Source: Acidimicrobiales bacterium (GTDB taxonomy: Bacteria; Actinomycetota; Acidimicrobiia; Acidimicrobiales; DATLDH01). From it: a stretch of DNA of 53,469 nucleotides. Made by a program: the position numbers and the translations under genes. Below, in pieces: positions 8,590 to 17,823 of the stretch (within the stretch, counting starts at the first letter, position 1; the number at the start of each line of letters is the position of its first letter). Under the pieces are notes generated by a model. It did no database searches. It was not told the DNA's origin and saw nothing but the letters and a program-made list of their open reading frames with translations. The stretch lies in the NCBI GenBank assembly GCA_035526015.1, contig DATLDH010000141.1:1-53469 (forward strand). The letters are read 5' to 3'.

Positions 8590-10833
8590 ATGCCCCCTCC
8601 TCCCCGCCGACGCCCGCCGTCGCCGACCCGCCGCCGAGCCCCTCGGCCCCGCCCGGTGCGACGACCGCGCCCCCCCGGGGCGCCGCGGGCGCGCCGCCGC
8701 CCCGCTCGCCCGGCCCCTGCCGGGAACGGGCCCCGTGCCCTGCTGTGGCGGTACCGGCGCGTCCTCCTGCTCGTCGCCGTGCTCGGCATCGGAGCCGTCG
8801 GGGGAGCCCTGCTGGTGCTGGCCCAGGTCCCGCTGCCGCCCGACCGGCCCGAGGCGCAGACCACGTTCCTGACCGACGCCACCGGCCACCGCCTGGCCTC
8901 CATCGATGCCGGCGAGAACCGGGTGTCGGTGAAGCTGGACGACGTGCCGCCGGTCGTCATCGACGCCGTGCTGGCCACCGAGGACAAGAACTTCTTCACC
9001 CACTCCGGCGTCGACCCCTTCGGCATCATGCGCGCCACATGGGCCGACGTGCGCGGGCGCGGATCGCTCCAGGGTGGCTCCACGATCACCCAGCAGTACG
9101 CCAAGAACGCCTACGTCGGCAACGAGCGCAGCCTGTGGCGCAAGCTCAAGGAGGCGGTCATCGCCGTCAAGCTCGAGCGGCGTTACGACAAGCGCGAGAT
9201 CCTCGAGCGCTACCTCAACGCCATCTACTTCGGCCGCGGCGCCTACGGCGTGCAGGCCGCGTCTCGCGCCTATTTCGCCAAGGACGTCGGCCGGCTGGAG
9301 CTGCGCGAGGCGGCCTATCTCGCCGGCCTCATCCGCTCGCCCGAGTCGGCCGACGCCGTGAAGGCACCCACGGTCGCCAAGGCGCGGCGGTCCCGCACCT
9401 TGGCCGCCATGGTCCGCGCCGGGAAGATCACCGACACCGAGCGCGGCGCGGTGGAGGCCGTGCCCCTGACCGACTACGTCACCGATCGTCGCCGGGCCCA
9501 GCAGCAGCAGGTCGTGCTCGAGGAGAAGGGGACGGCGTACTTCGTCGAGTACGTCCGCCAGCTCCTCGTGAAGAAGTTCGGTGAGGCGGCCGTCGTCGGT
9601 GGCGGACTGAGGGTCAAGACGACGCTGAACCTGCAGCAGCAGACCCAGGCCTACGACGCGGTCTACGGCCTGCTCGACCGGGCCGACGACCCGTCCGGCG
9701 CGCTTGTCGCCGTCGACGACCGGGGCGCCATCACCGCCATGGTCGGCGGCCGCGACTACGCCACGTCCAAGGTCAACCTTGCGCTCGGCCGGGAGGGTGG
9801 CGGCCACGGCCGCCAGGCCGGCTCGACGTTCAAGCCGTTCCTCCTGGCCGAGACCGTGCGCCGCGGCTACACGGTCGAGAGCGCGTACCCGGGTCCGGCC
9901 GAGATCACGTTGCGCAAGGCCAACAACGGCAAGGACTGGCCCGTGCACAACTACGACGACCAGGACTTCGGCGACTCGGTGAACCTCATCGACGCCACCC
10001 GGCAGTCGGTGAACACCGTCTACGCCCAGCTCGTGCTCGACATCGGCGCCGGCGCCATGGCCGACATGGCCCGAGACCTCGGTGTGACCGCGCCGTTGCA
10101 GCCGGTGAACTCCCTCGTCCTCGGCACGTCCGACGTCTCGGTCCTCGACATGGCGCGAGCGTTCTCCACCTTCGCCAACCGCGGCGAGCGGGCCGAGACC
10201 TTCGCCCTGCTGGAGGTGACGACCGCCGACGGCCGTGTCCTCGAGCGGGCCAGCCCCGATCGCACCCGCGTGCTCGAGCGGCGCCAGGCCGACATCGTCA
10301 ACTTCTGCCTCCGCCAGGCGGTGGAACGCGGGACGGGCACGGCGGCCAGGTTCGGCAAGCCCATGGCCGGCAAGACGGGCACGACCCAGGACTACGGCGA
10401 TGCCTGGTTCGTCGGGTACACGCCCAAGCTCACCGCGGCGGTGTGGATGGGCTACCCCGAGGGCAACAGCCACCCCATGACCTCCGTGCGCGGCCGCAAG
10501 GTCACCGGTGGCAGCTTCCCGGCCCAGATCTTCAAGCGGTTCATGGCCGCGGCGACGAAGGGCATGAGCACCGGGTCGTTCCCGTCGGTCTCGGACTTCG
10601 ACGGCAAGGTCCTCAAGGGCGCCCGGTCCACGTTCAGCACCGACACCACCACCACGACCCTGGCGGGAGACGCCTCGACGACATCGTCCACCGAGCGGGG
10701 GACGACCACGACGACGACGGCCCCGACGTCGACGACCTATCGCGAGATCCACCCGTCGTCGACCTCGACCAGCTCGTCGACGTCGTCGACCTCGACGACA
10801 GGGACGACCGAACCGGACCGACAGCCCGGCTAG
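8590..10833 (+). CDS. ponA: class A penicillin-binding protein (glycosyltransferase GT51 + transpeptidase)
   Basis: 747 aa. Contains EDKNFFTHSGVD and GGSTITQQYAKN (GT51), and STFKP, SVN and KTGTT (transpeptidase). Arg/Pro-rich cytoplasmic N terminus, one TM segment, and a Thr/Ser-rich C-terminal tail. Confidence 0.93.
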   Translation: MPPPPRRRPPSPTRRRAPRPRPVRRPRPPGAPRARRRPARPAPAGNGPRALLWRYRRVLLLVAVLGIGAVGGALLVLAQVPLPPDRPEAQTTFLTDATGHRLASIDAGENRVSVKLDDVPPVVIDAVLATEDKNFFTHSGVDPFGIMRATWADVRGRGSLQGGSTITQQYAKNAYVGNERSLWRKLKEAVIAVKLERRYDKREILERYLNAIYFGRGAYGVQAASRAYFAKDVGRLELREAAYLAGLIRSPESADAVKAPTVAKARRSRTLAAMVRAGKITDTERGAVEAVPLTDYVTDRRRAQQQQVVLEEKGTAYFVEYVRQLLVKKFGEAAVVGGGLRVKTTLNLQQQTQAYDAVYGLLDRADDPSGALVAVDDRGAITAMVGGRDYATSKVNLALGREGGGHGRQAGSTFKPFLLAETVRRGYTVESAYPGPAEITLRKANNGKDWPVHNYDDQDFGDSVNLIDATRQSVNTVYAQLVLDIGAGAMADMARDLGVTAPLQPVNSLVLGTSDVSVLDMARAFSTFANRGERAETFALLEVTTADGRVLERASPDRTRVLERRQADIVNFCLRQAVERGTGTAARFGKPMAGKTGTTQDYGDAWFVGYTPKLTAAVWMGYPEGNSHPMTSVRGRKVTGGSFPAQIFKRFMAAATKGMSTGSFPSVSDFDGKVLKGARSTFSTDTTTTTLAGDASTTSSTERGTTTTTTAPTSTTYREIHPSSTSTSSSTSSTSTTGTTEPDRQPG

Positions 10834-11003
10834 TCCGCGGGCTCGTGGGGGTACATGGTGCGGCACGAGAAGCACCAGTGCTCGGTCTCCTCCAGCGTGG
10901 TCGACGAGCCCGGCGTGTCCCATGCCTCGGGCACCACGTAGACGCGGTGGACGGCCACCACCTCGTCGTCATCGCGGGCGCAGTTGTCGCAGACCTCTCC
11001 CAC
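10830..11003 (-). CDS. small (57 aa) CxxC...CxxC zinc-ribbon-like protein
   Basis: Below the ORF-track size cutoff. GTG (complement of 11001-11003) gives VGEVCDNCARDDDEVVAVHRVYVVPEAWDTPGSSTTLEETEHWCFSCRTMYPHEPAD. GC3 is very high. Converges on the ponA stop with a 4-nt overlap. The RBS is weak. Confidence 0.4.
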   Translation of the reverse strand: MGEVCDNCARDDDEVVAVHRVYVVPEAWDTPGSSTTLEETEHWCFSCRTMYPHEPAD

Positions 11004-11071
11004 GAGGAGCGACGGTACACTGGCCCCTACCGCCGGCAGCCGTGTGGCGCTGGACGGGAAAGGAGTCCGAC

Positions 11072-11926
11072 ATGGCCCAGGCGACGACCGCCCCCGCCGT
11101 GCGCGCCCGCAAGGGTGGCGAGCCCCTCGTCATGGTCACGGCCTACGACGCGCCCGGCGCCCGCATCGTCGACGACGGTGGGGCCGACCTCATCCTCGTC
11201 GGCGATTCCCTCGCCATGGTCGTGCTCGGCTACGACACCACCCTCGACGTGACCGTGGCCGACATGGCCCACCACGTGGGTGCGGTCGCCAGGGCCAAGC
11301 CGCGCGCCCTCGTGGTCGGCGATCTCCCGTGGCTCAGCTACCACGTGAGTGTCGAGGACACGGTGCGCAACGCCGCCGCGCTGATCCGGGCCGGGGCCCA
11401 GGCCGTGAAGCTCGAGGGCGGCCTCCGGCGGGTGCCGATGATCGAGGCCATCGTCGCCGCCGAGATCCCCGTGATGGGCCACATCGGGCTCACGCCGCAG
11501 TCCGTGCACGCCATGGGCGGGTTCAAGGTCCAGGGGCGCGACGCCGAGGCGGCGGCGGCCATGGTCGACGACGCCCTGGCCCTGGTGGCGGCGGGTTGCT
11601 TCGCCATCGTCCTCGAAGGCGTGCCGGACACGGTGGCCCGCATGGTCACCGAGGCGGTGCCGGTGCCCACCATCGGCATCGGCGCCGGACCGCACTGCGA
11701 CGGCCAGGTCCTCGTGTTCCACGACCTGCTCGGCCTCGAGGACCGCGTGCTGCCGAAGTTCGTCCGCCGCTACGCGGCCCTGAAGGCCGATGCCGTCGGG
11801 GCCATCGCCGCGTTCGCCGCCGACGTGCGGGGCCGGCGCTTCCCGGCCGACGGCGAGAGCTACCACCTCTCCGACGACGCGGCGCGCGAACTGGGCCTGT
11901 ACGGGAGCGATAGACAGGTCGGGTGA
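11072..11926 (+). CDS. panB: 3-methyl-2-oxobutanoate hydroxymethyltransferase
   Basis: ATG 11072 is preceded by GGGAAAGGAG. Contains [36 protein letters not shown]...AVKLEGG, typical PanB. Confidence 0.93.
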   Translation: MAQATTAPAVRARKGGEPLVMVTAYDAPGARIVDDGGADLILVGDSLAMVVLGYDTTLDVTVADMAHHVGAVARAKPRALVVGDLPWLSYHVSVEDTVRNAAALIRAGAQAVKLEGGLRRVPMIEAIVAAEIPVMGHIGLTPQSVHAMGGFKVQGRDAEAAAAMVDDALALVAAGCFAIVLEGVPDTVARMVTEAVPVPTIGIGAGPHCDGQVLVFHDLLGLEDRVLPKFVRRYAALKADAVGAIAAFAADVRGRRFPADGESYHLSDDAARELGLYGSDRQVG

Positions 11927-12567
11927 CCGATCGCCGTCCACTGCGGGTCGGCGGCGCCGACCCGCTGCTCGATCCGCCGGAAGGGTTGCCGCCGGCGGTG
12001 CGGCAGCGGCTCCTCGGCCTCGACACCGCGTGGGGGCAGAGCGTGTTGTGGACCGTCGTGTGGATCGGCCTCGCCCTCGGCGTCGCCACCTTCCTCGCCA
12101 AGGGGGCGAACGGGCCGGCCGACCCGTCGCCGCAGCCCGAGCGCGCCTCGGCCCGCGTGCGCGGCTTCGGCGAGGCGGCCTTCTCCATCCAGCCCGAGGG
12201 GCAGCCGGCGACTGAGCCGGGTTGCGCCCTCACCGCGGACGAGCCCAGGACCTGGCAGCAGGGGATGATGGGCCGCCGCGACCTGGCCGGCTACGACGCC
12301 ATGGTGTTCCGGTTCCGGGCGCCCAGTGATCAGCCGTTCTTCAACCGCAACGTCCCTGTCGCACTGTCGATCGCGTGGTTCGACCTGGCGGGGCGCTTCG
12401 TGTCTTCGACCGACATGCCGGCCTGCGAGGACCGCGAGGGTTGCCCCCTCTACCACCCGACCGGCCCATACCGGTACGCCGTCGAGACCCTGCAGGGCGG
12501 TCTCACCGCACTCGGCGCGGGCCCCGGGACGGTGCTCGCAGTGGGAGGGCCATGTACCGGGCGCTGA
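11923..12567 (+). CDS. membrane-anchored DUF192 domain protein
   Basis: GTG overlaps the panB stop (GTGA). One TM segment (VLWTVVWIGLALGVATFLA) is followed by QGMMGRRDLAGYDAMVFRF...FFNRNVPVALSIAWFD...CPLY...YAVE, which is DUF192-like. Confidence 0.75.
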   Translation: MTDRRPLRVGGADPLLDPPEGLPPAVRQRLLGLDTAWGQSVLWTVVWIGLALGVATFLAKGANGPADPSPQPERASARVRGFGEAAFSIQPEGQPATEPGCALTADEPRTWQQGMMGRRDLAGYDAMVFRFRAPSDQPFFNRNVPVALSIAWFDLAGRFVSSTDMPACEDREGCPLYHPTGPYRYAVETLQGGLTALGAGPGTVLAVGGPCTGR

Positions 12568-15068
12568 AGGTCGCCCTCGTCCTCACGACACTCGTGACGC
12601 TCTGGCCCGGTGTCGCCGATGCGGCGGTTCCCGACACGTTCACCTTCGGCGGCGCCGGGTTCGGCCACGGTGTGGGCATGAGCCAGTGGGGCGCATACGG
12701 CCAGGCCCAGGAGGGGCGCAGCGCGGCACAGATCCTCGGTCACTACTACCCCGGCACGTCCCTCACCGGCGTCGACGAGAACGTCGGCATCCGCGTGAAC
12801 CTGATCGATGCCGCGTCGGCCCAGGCGCGCGGGGAGGCGCTCGCCGCCGGAGGGGGAGCGCTGCGCGCCGTCGCCGGCGCCCAGACCCTCGACGCCGCCG
12901 GGCAGACGTTGTCGCTGTCCGTCGTGGGCGACCAGGTCCAGGTGCGGCGCGGCGCGGCGACCATCGGTGGCTCCGAGGTGCGCCTCCAGTGGTCGGACGG
13001 GCCGACGCTGCTGAACCTGGCCGGCCCCACCGAGTCGCTGTCGGGCGCCGGCCACCGCTACCGCTACGGCGAGGTCGACGTCGCCGTCGTCGACGGCCGC
13101 CTCCAGGCCGTGCTGCAGCTCAGCCTGCACGACCACTACCTGCGCGGCATCGCCGAGATGCCGTCGTCGTGGCCGGCCGCCGCCCTGGAGTCCCAGGTCG
13201 TGGCGGCCCGCACCTACGCGCTCCGCAAGTTCCGCGCCGGGGTCCGCCCGTCGTGCCGGTGCCACGTGCTCGACACCACCGCCGACCAGGTCTACGCCGG
13301 CTGGGCGAAGGAGTCCGACGCCGGTGGGGCCCGATGGGTGGCCGCGGTGCAGGCGACGTCGCCGACGCCGACGACCGGGCTCACGCTGACCTACATGGGC
13401 GAGCCGGCGTCGGCCAACTACTTCTCGTCGTCCGCCGGGCGCACCGAGGCCAACATCGACGGTTTCGGCGGCACCACGCAGTTCCCGTATCTCCGCCCCG
13501 TCGACGACCACTGGAGCATGACGTCGGGGAACCCGTTCTCGGCGTGGAGCTTCACCCGCAGCCAGGCCGCCGTCGCCGCCGCCTTCGGGCTGCCCGACGT
13601 CGAGCAGGTCGACCTGTCCCGTCGCACGGCCGGCGGAGCGGTGCGCACGGCGACGGCGGTGTCGTCCGCCGGCCAGCGCGCCACCATCACCGGTTCGCAG
13701 TTCCGCGGCCGGCTCGAGCTGCCCTCGCGCTGGATCGGGCCCGCCGTGGTGCGGGTCGCCGGCGCCGACCGCTACGCCACCAGCGTCGCCATCGGCAGGC
13801 TGGCGGCGGTCTCGTCGACCACCGTCGTCATCGCATCGGGCGAGTCGTCCCACCTGGTCGACGGCCTCGTCGCCGCGCCGCTGGCCCGCGACCGCGGCGC
13901 GCCGCTCCTGCTGGCGACGGTGTCCGGGCTGCCCCCACCGGTCGGTGACGACGTGACGCGCCGCCGCGCCACCACCGCGCTCCTCGTCGGCGGCTTCGGC
14001 GCCCTCGGTCCCGGCGTCGAGCAGGCGCTGCGGGCCCGCGGGGTGGCCACGGTGCGGCGTATCTCGGGCCCGACGCGCTTCGACACCGCGGCGGCCGTGG
14101 CCGCCGAGATGGGTGCGCCGCGCCCGCGCGCGGTCGTCGCCTCCGGCGAGACGGCGCACCTGGTCGACGCCCTGGCCGCCGGCGGTCCCGCCGCCGGCGC
14201 CGGGCTGCCCGTCCTCCTCACCGCCGCCCGGGAGCTACCCGCGGCCACCCGCCAGGCCATCGGTGAGCTCGGCGTCACCGACACCGTCGTCGCCGGCGGG
14301 CCGGCCGCCATCGCCGACGCCGTCACCGCGCAGCTGCCGCGACCGGTGCGCGTCTCGGGGGCCGATCGTTTCGCCACTGCCGTCGCCGTGGCCCGGCACT
14401 TCGGCTCGGGAGCGGTGAGCGGCGCCGGGTTGGTGGCGGCGTCGGGCCGTGACACCCACCTGGTCGACGCCCTGCCCGGTGGCGCCCTCGGCCTGCAGAC
14501 CGTGCTCGTCGCCCCGACCGGGCCCGATCCCTCGACTGCGGCGTTCGTCGCCGGCCGCCAGTCGCCGACGCTGTTCGTGCTGGGCGGGACGGCGGCGGTC
14601 TCCGACGCCGCCGTGCGGGGCCTGCAGGCGGCCGGGCAGCCCACGGGCCGCTTCCCGTCGCGGATCGCCGGCTTCGACGAGGTGGGCTTCATCAGCCAGC
14701 CGCTCACCGGTGTCGCCGTGGTCGGCTGTGCCGCCCTGGCCGACACGCCGCCGCGCCGGGCCCAGGGCCTCACCGGCCGCCAGGACCTGGCCGGTTACGA
14801 CGGCATGGTGTTCGCGTTCGCCACCGACACCGACGCCGCCTTCTACATGCGCAACGTGCCCATCCCGTTGTCGATCGCCTGGTTCGGCGCCGACGGCAGC
14901 TGGGTGGGGGCCGCCGACATGGCCCCGTGCGGCGATCGCGACGACTGCCCGTTGTACCGCTCGCCGGTGCCGTACCGCACGGCCCTGGAGACGGCGGGCG
15001 GCGATCTCGGGAGGCTGGGGGTGGGCTCGGGCTCGTTCCTCCTGGCCGGCGGCTCCTGCCCCGGCTGA
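12552..15068 (+). CDS. secreted SpoIID/LytB domain protein with three CWB2-type cell-wall-binding repeats and a C-terminal DUF192 domain
   Basis: ATG 12552 gives the signal peptide MYRALKVALVLTTLVTLWPGVADA. Contains GFGHGVGMSQWGAYG and YLRGIAEMPSSWPAAALESQVVAARTYAL (SpoIID). Repeats are GADRYATSVAI, GPTRFDTAAAVA and GADRFATAVAVA, each followed by ASGE..HLVDAL. The C-terminal 130 aa are paralogous to 11923..12567. Confidence 0.85.
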   Translation: MYRALKVALVLTTLVTLWPGVADAAVPDTFTFGGAGFGHGVGMSQWGAYGQAQEGRSAAQILGHYYPGTSLTGVDENVGIRVNLIDAASAQARGEALAAGGGALRAVAGAQTLDAAGQTLSLSVVGDQVQVRRGAATIGGSEVRLQWSDGPTLLNLAGPTESLSGAGHRYRYGEVDVAVVDGRLQAVLQLSLHDHYLRGIAEMPSSWPAAALESQVVAARTYALRKFRAGVRPSCRCHVLDTTADQVYAGWAKESDAGGARWVAAVQATSPTPTTGLTLTYMGEPASANYFSSSAGRTEANIDGFGGTTQFPYLRPVDDHWSMTSGNPFSAWSFTRSQAAVAAAFGLPDVEQVDLSRRTAGGAVRTATAVSSAGQRATITGSQFRGRLELPSRWIGPAVVRVAGADRYATSVAIGRLAAVSSTTVVIASGESSHLVDGLVAAPLARDRGAPLLLATVSGLPPPVGDDVTRRRATTALLVGGFGALGPGVEQALRARGVATVRRISGPTRFDTAAAVAAEMGAPRPRAVVASGETAHLVDALAAGGPAAGAGLPVLLTAARELPAATRQAIGELGVTDTVVAGGPAAIADAVTAQLPRPVRVSGADRFATAVAVARHFGSGAVSGAGLVAASGRDTHLVDALPGGALGLQTVLVAPTGPDPSTAAFVAGRQSPTLFVLGGTAAVSDAAVRGLQAAGQPTGRFPSRIAGFDEVGFISQPLTGVAVVGCAALADTPPRRAQGLTGRQDLAGYDGMVFAFATDTDAAFYMRNVPIPLSIAWFGADGSWVGAADMAPCGDRDDCPLYRSPVPYRTALETAGGDLGRLGVGSGSFLLAGGSCPG

Positions 15069-15140
15069 CCCCCAGAAAAACCCAGCCCGGTCACGCTTGG
15101 TGCCGCGAACCGGTTGGTATCGGGTGTGAGGATGGCAGGT

Positions 15141-17291
15141 ATGCATTTCAGGCGATTCGTCGCGGGCGCGGTCGCGTCGCTCACGGTCGTTGCCGGCGCG
15201 GTCTTCTCCGCCCCGCCCGCCGCCGCCGCCGTCCCCGAGACCTTCACCTTCACCGGCTCGGGCTTCGGTCACGGAGTGGGGATGAGCCAGTACGGCGCCT
15301 TCGGCCAGGCCCAGGAGGGCCGCACCGCGGCACAGATCCTCCAGCACTACTACTCCGGGGTCACGGTCGGGGCGTTCGACGACGCGGTCGCACTGCGGGT
15401 CAACCTGCTCGACGCCGCCACGTCGGTGCAGATGCGGGGCGAGTCCCTCGCCACCGGCGGCGGTGCCATCAAGGTTGTAGCCGACGCCGCCACGATCGAC
15501 GCCGGCGACAAGGAGGCCGTCACCTTCGGCATCGCCGGCACCAACGTCACCGCCTCCAAGGCCGGCGGCGCGCCGATCTCGGCTGCCGTGGTCAAGGTCC
15601 AGTGGTCGGCGGGGCCCACGTTGCTCGACGTCATCGGCGGTACGGAGAGCTTCGACGGGCCCAGCCATCGCTACCGCTACGGCGAGGTCGACGTCGCCGT
15701 CGTGGCCGGCAAGCTGGTGGTGGTCAACACGCTCTCGCTGCACCAGGAGTACCTGCGCGGCATCGCCGAGGTGCCGTCGTCATGGCCGGCCGAGGCCCTC
15801 AAGGCCCAGGTGATCGCCGCCCGCACCTATGCGCTCTACAAGTTCCAGGCCGGCGAGCGGGCAGCCTGCCGCTGCCATGTGTACGACAGCATCTCCGACC
15901 AGGTCTTCGCCGGATGGTCGAAGGAGTCCGAGCCGACCTTCGGGGCCAAGTGGGTCGACGCAGTGGCGGCGACGTCGCCGTCGACGTCGACGGGGATCAC
16001 CGTGCTGTCGGGCGGTGAGCCGATCGGCGCCTTCTACTACTCCTCCTCGGGTGGCAAGACCGAGTCCAACACCGACGGCTTCGGCTCCTCCACGCCGTTC
16101 AGCTACCTCAAGAGCGTCGACGACCGGTGGAGCCTGCTCGTCCAGAACCCGTTCGCCAGCTGGACGTTCACCCGCACCCAGGCCGACGTGCTCGAGGCCT
16201 TCAACCGTGACCTGGCCGCCGACAAGAAGCTGCGTGACGTCGAGAGTCTCGACCTGAGCGCCCGCACCGCGGGCGGCTCGCTCAAGACGGCCGTCGCCAC
16301 CGCCGCGGACGGCACCAGGGCCAGCATCGGCGGCAACACCTTCCGCTCCCGCCTCGAGTTGCCGGCCCGGTGGATCGGCACCCCGGTCGTGCGCGTGTCC
16401 GGCCCCGACAGGTACAGCACCGGCGTCGCCATCGGCCGGCAGGCGGCCTCCGCGTCCGGCGGCACCGTCGTGGTCGTGTCCGGCGAGAACGCCCACCTCG
16501 TCGACGGCCTGGTGGCCGCCCCGTTGGCCCGGCTGCGCCAGGCCCCGTTGCTGCTGTCGGAGGGCAAGGGCCTGCCCCAGGCGGTGGCCGACGAGGTGGC
16601 GAGACGCAAGCCCCAGACTGCGATCCTCGTGGGCGGCCTCGGCGCGCTGAGCGCCCAGGTCGAGGACGACCTCGAGGCCAGGGGCGTGACCACCGTGCGG
16701 CGCCTGGCCGGCGCCGACCGCTACGAGACTGGCCTGCTCGTCGCCCGTGACATGCAGGCCCCCCGCACCCAGGTCGTGATCGCGTCCGGCGAGGCCGGGC
16801 ACCTCGTCGATGCCCTGGCGGCCGGCGGCCCGGCGGCGGCCACCGCCCGCCCGGTGCTCCTGGTGGCCCGCGACCAGGTGCCGTTCCCTACCCGTCAGGC
16901 GCTCACCGAGATGGGCACGACCTCCACCGTCGTGGCCGGCGGTGAGGCCGCGGTGTCCGACGCCACCATGTCCCAGCTGCCCAGCCCACGCCGCCTGGCC
17001 GGGGACAGCCGGTACTCGACGGCCACGGCCATCGCCGATTTCTTCGCCTCGACGGTCGGGACCAACCGTGTCGTGGTTGCCTCCGGCGCCGACGGGGCCC
17101 TGGTCGATGCCCTGGCCGGCGGCGCCCTCGCCTCACTGACGGTGCTGACCGCCCCCGAGGCGCTGACCGCCGTGACCAGGACGTGGCTGACGTCGGGCGC
17201 CGGCGCGCCGGCCGGCCTCGTGCACGTCCTCGGCGGTCCGGCCGCAGTCGGCAACGCCACGTTCGACAGCCTGAGGTCCGCCGTCTACTAG
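15141..17291 (+). CDS. secreted SpoIID/LytB domain protein with CWB2-type repeats (paralogue, no DUF192)
   Basis: ORF 15114..17291. ATG 15141 lies 9 nt after GAGG. Signal peptide MHFRRFVAGAVASLTVVAGAVFSAPPAAA. Contains GFGHGVGMSQYGAFG and YLRGIAEVPSSWPAEALKAQVIAARTYAL, with repeats GPDRYSTGVAI, GADRYETGLLVA and GDSRYSTATAIA. Confidence 0.85.
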   Translation: MHFRRFVAGAVASLTVVAGAVFSAPPAAAAVPETFTFTGSGFGHGVGMSQYGAFGQAQEGRTAAQILQHYYSGVTVGAFDDAVALRVNLLDAATSVQMRGESLATGGGAIKVVADAATIDAGDKEAVTFGIAGTNVTASKAGGAPISAAVVKVQWSAGPTLLDVIGGTESFDGPSHRYRYGEVDVAVVAGKLVVVNTLSLHQEYLRGIAEVPSSWPAEALKAQVIAARTYALYKFQAGERAACRCHVYDSISDQVFAGWSKESEPTFGAKWVDAVAATSPSTSTGITVLSGGEPIGAFYYSSSGGKTESNTDGFGSSTPFSYLKSVDDRWSLLVQNPFASWTFTRTQADVLEAFNRDLAADKKLRDVESLDLSARTAGGSLKTAVATAADGTRASIGGNTFRSRLELPARWIGTPVVRVSGPDRYSTGVAIGRQAASASGGTVVVVSGENAHLVDGLVAAPLARLRQAPLLLSEGKGLPQAVADEVARRKPQTAILVGGLGALSAQVEDDLEARGVTTVRRLAGADRYETGLLVARDMQAPRTQVVIASGEAGHLVDALAAGGPAAATARPVLLVARDQVPFPTRQALTEMGTTSTVVAGGEAAVSDATMSQLPSPRRLAGDSRYSTATAIADFFASTVGTNRVVVASGADGALVDALAGGALASLTVLTAPEALTAVTRTWLTSGAGAPAGLVHVLGGPAAVGNATFDSLRSAVY

Positions 17292-17444
17292 CGACTCGTT
17301 GTCACACCCCTGACCCCATACTTCCCCTATGGAGTGGGTGACGGGGGTTCGGCTACGATGAGTGCTTCGTTGTCCGCCCTGCCCCGGGTCGTCCGGGGCC
17401 CCGAGCGCACCGCGCCGGGTCCGGAGGGAAAGGTAGTGGTCGTC

Positions 17445-17822
17445 TTGCGACCGTATGAAGTGATGGTCATTCTCGACGCGGGCCTCGAAGAGGACGCATT
17501 GCGGGCCAGCGTCGACCGCCTGACCGACCTCATCAGCGCCCAGGGCGGCACGCCCGGACGCGTCGACCGTTGGGGCCGCCGCCGGTTCGCCTACGAGATG
17601 AACCACCGGTGGGAGGGCTACTACGTCCTCGTCGAGGCCACGGCCGAGCCGGCCGCCATGGCCGCCGCCGACCGCATGCTGCACCTCGCGGACGAGGTCC
17701 TCCGCCACAAGATCATCCGCCTCCCCGATGAAGTCGCCGGCCGCGGCCGTCCCCAGGACACCGCCGCCGTGCCCGAGAGCGATGAGGCCGCCCCGGTGGC
17801 GGCCACCACGAACGGAGCCTGA
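17445..17822 (+). CDS. rpsF: 30S ribosomal protein S6
   Basis: TTG 17445 follows GGAGGGAAAGG. (M)RPYEVMVILD...RWGRRRFAYEM...GYYVL is canonical S6. An in-frame GTG at 17436 is less likely because of RBS spacing. Confidence 0.9.
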   Translation: MRPYEVMVILDAGLEEDALRASVDRLTDLISAQGGTPGRVDRWGRRRFAYEMNHRWEGYYVLVEATAEPAAMAAADRMLHLADEVLRHKIIRLPDEVAGRGRPQDTAAVPESDEAAPVAATTNGA

Positions 17823-17823
17823 G

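Noticed and set aside
6900-9104. 734-aa minus-strand ORF, together with overlapping long ORFs such as 8494..10923 (-), 7586..8872 (+) and 7628..8332 (-)
   Set aside because: The translations are Arg/Gly/Pro/Ala-rich and low-complexity, with no motifs. They lie antisense or out of frame to the membrane proteins and the PBP, which carry clear motifs and proper third-position GC bias. These are typical shadow ORFs of a high-GC genome.
10650-10830. Repetitive ACC/ACG/TCG-rich tract, considered as a tandem repeat element
   Set aside because: It is the in-frame Thr/Ser-rich low-complexity C-terminal tail of the PBP, not an independent repeat or CRISPR-like array.
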